A stretch of 54,978 nt of DNA from Candidatus Moraniibacteriota bacterium (GTDB taxonomy: Bacteria > Patescibacteriota > Minisyncoccia > Moranbacterales > UBA1568), in contig JACPGV010000004.1 of the NCBI GenBank assembly GCA_016182385.1, forward strand, positions 1 through 54,978, given 5' to 3'. Below are positions 54,521-54,978 of the stretch, one piece after another. The notes under the pieces are model-generated. The model worked only from the letters and a program-made list of their open reading frames with translations. It was not told the DNA's origin and searched no databases. The position numbers and the translations under genes are program-made. Numbering within the stretch: the first letter of the stretch is position 1; the number at the start of each line of letters is the position of its first letter.

Positions 54521-54978
54521 CTAGAAGTGGATAGTAAGATTTTTTTCAGTTTTTGTTTTATTGTTATTTTTATCTTTTACTTCCACCTCTAACAAAACAG
54601 AGGAATTATTTTTTTCCAAAGGAATATCATACGAGAGAGAATAGGGCTTTGCCGTTGTTGACCCAATAACAGAGCCGTCAAAGGAATAGGTAACGGTGTC
54701 AACACCATACGGTGCGTCGAGAGAAACCGTGAAGGTTGTTGATGAGGATGTTATATCCGACGAGGAGGAAAGAGAGATTTTGGGTAAAAAAGAGGAAAAG
54801 TCCTCAACTTCACATTCTTTTTTTGGTGGTTCTTTCAGGACAACACCCTTCTTTTTTTCATACCAATTCTCTACACCCTTTTCCCAATTTTTATATTGTG
54901 GATCGGTGCTTGGTTTTTCAGGAATTTGACCGCGCGGATCATCGCGAGAAACATAATAGAGAATACTGTGAGCGCTCA
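54521..54978 (-). CDS. C-terminal fragment of a penicillin-binding-protein-1A-like protein (runs off the window)
   Basis: My translation of the minus strand is open from the window edge to the TAG at 54521-54523: SAHSILYYVSRDDPRGQIPEKPSTDPQYKNWEKGVENWYEKKKG... I remember this as the region just after the transpeptidase domain in CPR PBP1A-type proteins. It is absent from the track because it has no start codon in the window. Confidence 0.45.
   Translation of the reverse strand, partial: SAHSILYYVSRDDPRGQIPEKPSTDPQYKNWEKGVENWYEKKKGVVLKEPPKKECEVEDFSSFLPKISLSSSSDITSSSTTFTVSLDAPYGVDTVTYSFDGSVIGSTTAKPYSLSYDIPLEKNNSSVLLEVEVKDKNNNKTKTEKNLTIHF

Overview
Low-GC, gene-dense bacterial chromosome fragment. 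By inference from gene content it looks like a Candidate Phyla Radiation / Patescibacteria (Parcubacteria-like) genome: a T4SS-pilin-like family protein, secreted proteins with thrombospondin-type-3 repeats, and several Wzy-like genes. The housekeeping backbone is pnp-rpsO, gyrA, an S1 protein, gmk, tilS, ftsH, rbfA, a DHH phosphoesterase, a family-4 UDG, rplS, rluD, peroxiredoxin + Fe/Mn SOD, and class Ia RNR (nrdAB). The classic origin region is present: rpmH-rnpA-yidC-jag diverges from dnaA-dnaN, with DnaA boxes. I read ten tRNA genes by hand: Val-GAC, Ala-GGC, Arg-CCT, Leu-TAA, Cys-GCA, Gly-GCC, CAT, Phe-GAA, Val-TAC and Leu-GAG. Accessory content: (1) An island of about 9.4 kb (24857-34217) that looks GC-richer by eye. 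A 17-nt duplicate of the tRNA-Gly 3' end bounds it. It carries an m5C methyltransferase + PD-(D/E)xK endonuclease pair, an XRE/ImmA pair, a promoter-to-terminator structured non-coding region, a 123-nt rod-like hairpin, a CHC2 zinc-finger/P-loop replication module and a large serine recombinase. An HTH-Doc toxin-antitoxin pair lies just outside it. (2) A surface-glycan cluster with two Wzy-like genes, two GT2 genes and a Wzx gene. (3) Secreted Cys-rich proteins, including a pilin-peptidase fusion. The most unusual signal is a third Wzy-like gene (17974-19968) that holds 14 in-frame copies of an 18-bp perfect palindrome, ATGTTTCACGTGAAACAT, found nowhere else in the window. All calls come from reading the sequence and recalling motifs. 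No searches or folding programs were run.
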